Virus record (IMG/VR): IMGVR_UViG_2897346870_000003
Coordinates: 1 to 36,958 of that record
Source of the DNA: a virus
Lineage: Duplodnaviria; Heunggongvirae; Uroviricota; Caudoviricetes
DNA length: 36,958 nucleotides
Direction: 5' to 3' (one strand)
The number at the start of each line of letters is the position of its first letter. Position 1 is the first letter of the stretch. A program made the position numbers and the translations under genes. The notes beneath the pieces were generated by a model, which was not told the origin of the DNA, ran no database searches, and saw only the letters and a list, made by a program, of their open reading frames with translations. Positions 35,854 through 36,958 of the stretch are shown here, piece after piece.

Positions 35854-36315
35854 TTGTTATGTCTTATCCCACGGTATTTAATATGGTTCATTAGGATGTT
35901 TGTTTCTTGATTTTGCATATGAGTATATTACCCCCCCCCTCAAAAAAATAAATTAATTAAAATGATGGCTTATATAAAATAAAATTTAAAGCAAGGAATC
36001 TCAATGGATGTTAAACAAAATGAGATTTTGTGAAAGCAATAAATTATTGACTTCGTTTTAGATTTGTTTAGCTATAATGTTATACATTCAAATGACTGAA
36101 CATCCTGTAATTAAAACATAGCCTTTATGCTACTTTGTGCCAATTTGCTAAACATTATGGTTGCCTTTTTATATAACGATAATAATGAATATAAGCATGA
36201 CATGAGAATAAGGTTTCAATTTTTGAGTTATATAGGAATGATTTAACCTGTTCCTGGCTAAAATACATATAACCGGATGATGACTAAACCAAAATACATG
36301 TGCGTTAAGTATTGA

Positions 36316-36345
36316 AACGGACGTGTGGCACGGCCGTTGTTTTTA
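36316..36345 (+). terminator. Diverged second copy of the icd-terminator-like hairpin (AACGGACGTG-TGG-CACGGCCGTT plus T5)
   Basis: 9 of 10 bp stem plus T-run; flanking TTAAGTATTGAAACGG...CCGTTGTTTTTAT parallels 35441-35480. Confidence 0.55.
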
Positions 36346-36553
36346 TAAATATGTTAACCGTTATAAAATAACGTATCAAAAGTCAAGTGATCACATTTCA
36401 AATATCAAGTTGATAGTATTAGTCTGGTGATTATTTATGGGTGACAATAAAAAGACAGTATTAATCATCCATAGAGATAGTCTCTGCACTTTTATTTCCA
36501 TTATGCTAATGCCTTACTGAATTATGAAGCATTTCTTAAGTATCCAACTTTAG

Positions 36554-36958
36554 CTAGATTAATGGTTTATTATTTTCTACATCTTCAATATATAAAAGCG
36601 TATTATCAATGGCGTAGTAACTGCGTTTGTTATGATTAACATCAGTAACCCACCGGAAAACGCCCGCGCCTGCCAGTGTTGAACAGTATTCCCGAAATGT
36701 AGATTTTCCGCAAATATGAAGCAATGCGGCCTCTTTTATTTTAGCAGGGTTCTTGGTCGTACTAACTTTTAACAGGTTCCTGGTTCCTCTTAATAACAAA
36801 ACCGTATCATCGTGAGTAATAATTCTGATGTTATCCGTAGCCAGATAATAAATGTAATGTGCAATACGGTGATGTTTTAATTCTGAATAAAACCAGGAGA
36901 AGTTTTGCTCTTTTCTCACTTGCTCAAACATCTTTTGAAAAACAACGACCTGATCCAT
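36554..36958 (-). CDS. ycgX: YcgX-like protein (134 aa); start codon at the window edge
   Basis: 134-aa ORF whose ATG is complementary to 36956-36958; assignment from recalled K-12 gene order and size. Confidence 0.65.
   Translation of the reverse strand: MDQVVVFQKMFEQVRKEQNFSWFYSELKHHRIAHYIYYLATDNIRIITHDDTVLLLRGTRNLLKVSTTKNPAKIKEAALLHICGKSTFREYCSTLAGAGVFRWVTDVNHNKRSYYAIDNTLLYIEDVENNKPLI

Noticed and set aside
36041-36078. Plus-strand promoter-like TTGACT...TATAAT in the iraM-ycgX intergenic region that could, with the 36316-36345 hairpin, define a small transcript
   Set aside because: The -35/-10 spacing is about 20 bp, outside the usual 16-19, and the PhoP-box-like TGTTTA half-site is mis-spaced; too weak to call without transcript data.

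Overview
The window is almost entirely one intact, e14-family temperate prophage of an Escherichia/Shigella-type chromosome, running from the integrase stop codon (pos 1-3) to the displaced icd 3' fragment (attR, ~35263-35427), followed by host genes iraM and ycgX. Gene order is lambdoid: int-xis, a leftward early operon, cI/cro immunity switch with palindromic operators, CII-like regulator, an O-like replication gene with internal iterons, PerC-like and LexA-DBD-like regulators, rusA, KilA-N, DUF968, Q antiterminator, lysis cassette (holin, lambda-R-type endolysin, Rz/Rz1), HNH plus small and large terminase, HK97-like head genes, a Mu-like contractile tail and baseplate, a Pin-invertible tail-fibre segment, pin and mcrA. 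The most interesting content is cargo. The main novelty candidate is a visibly AT-rich, antisense two-gene cassette (340-aa soluble protein plus 194-aa four-TM protein) wedged between Q and the lysis genes, with abortive-infection-like architecture. Other cargo includes a second small antisense cassette between Rz1 and the HNH gene, a promoter-gene-terminator moron inside the tail module, an orphan LexA DNA-binding-domain gene, and a GC-rich structured non-coding region next to xis. All calls rest on reading the sequence and the ORF translations and on recalled family features; no database search or computation was run, and the similarities to lambda Int, Xis, R and LexA were judged against protein sequences recalled from memory.
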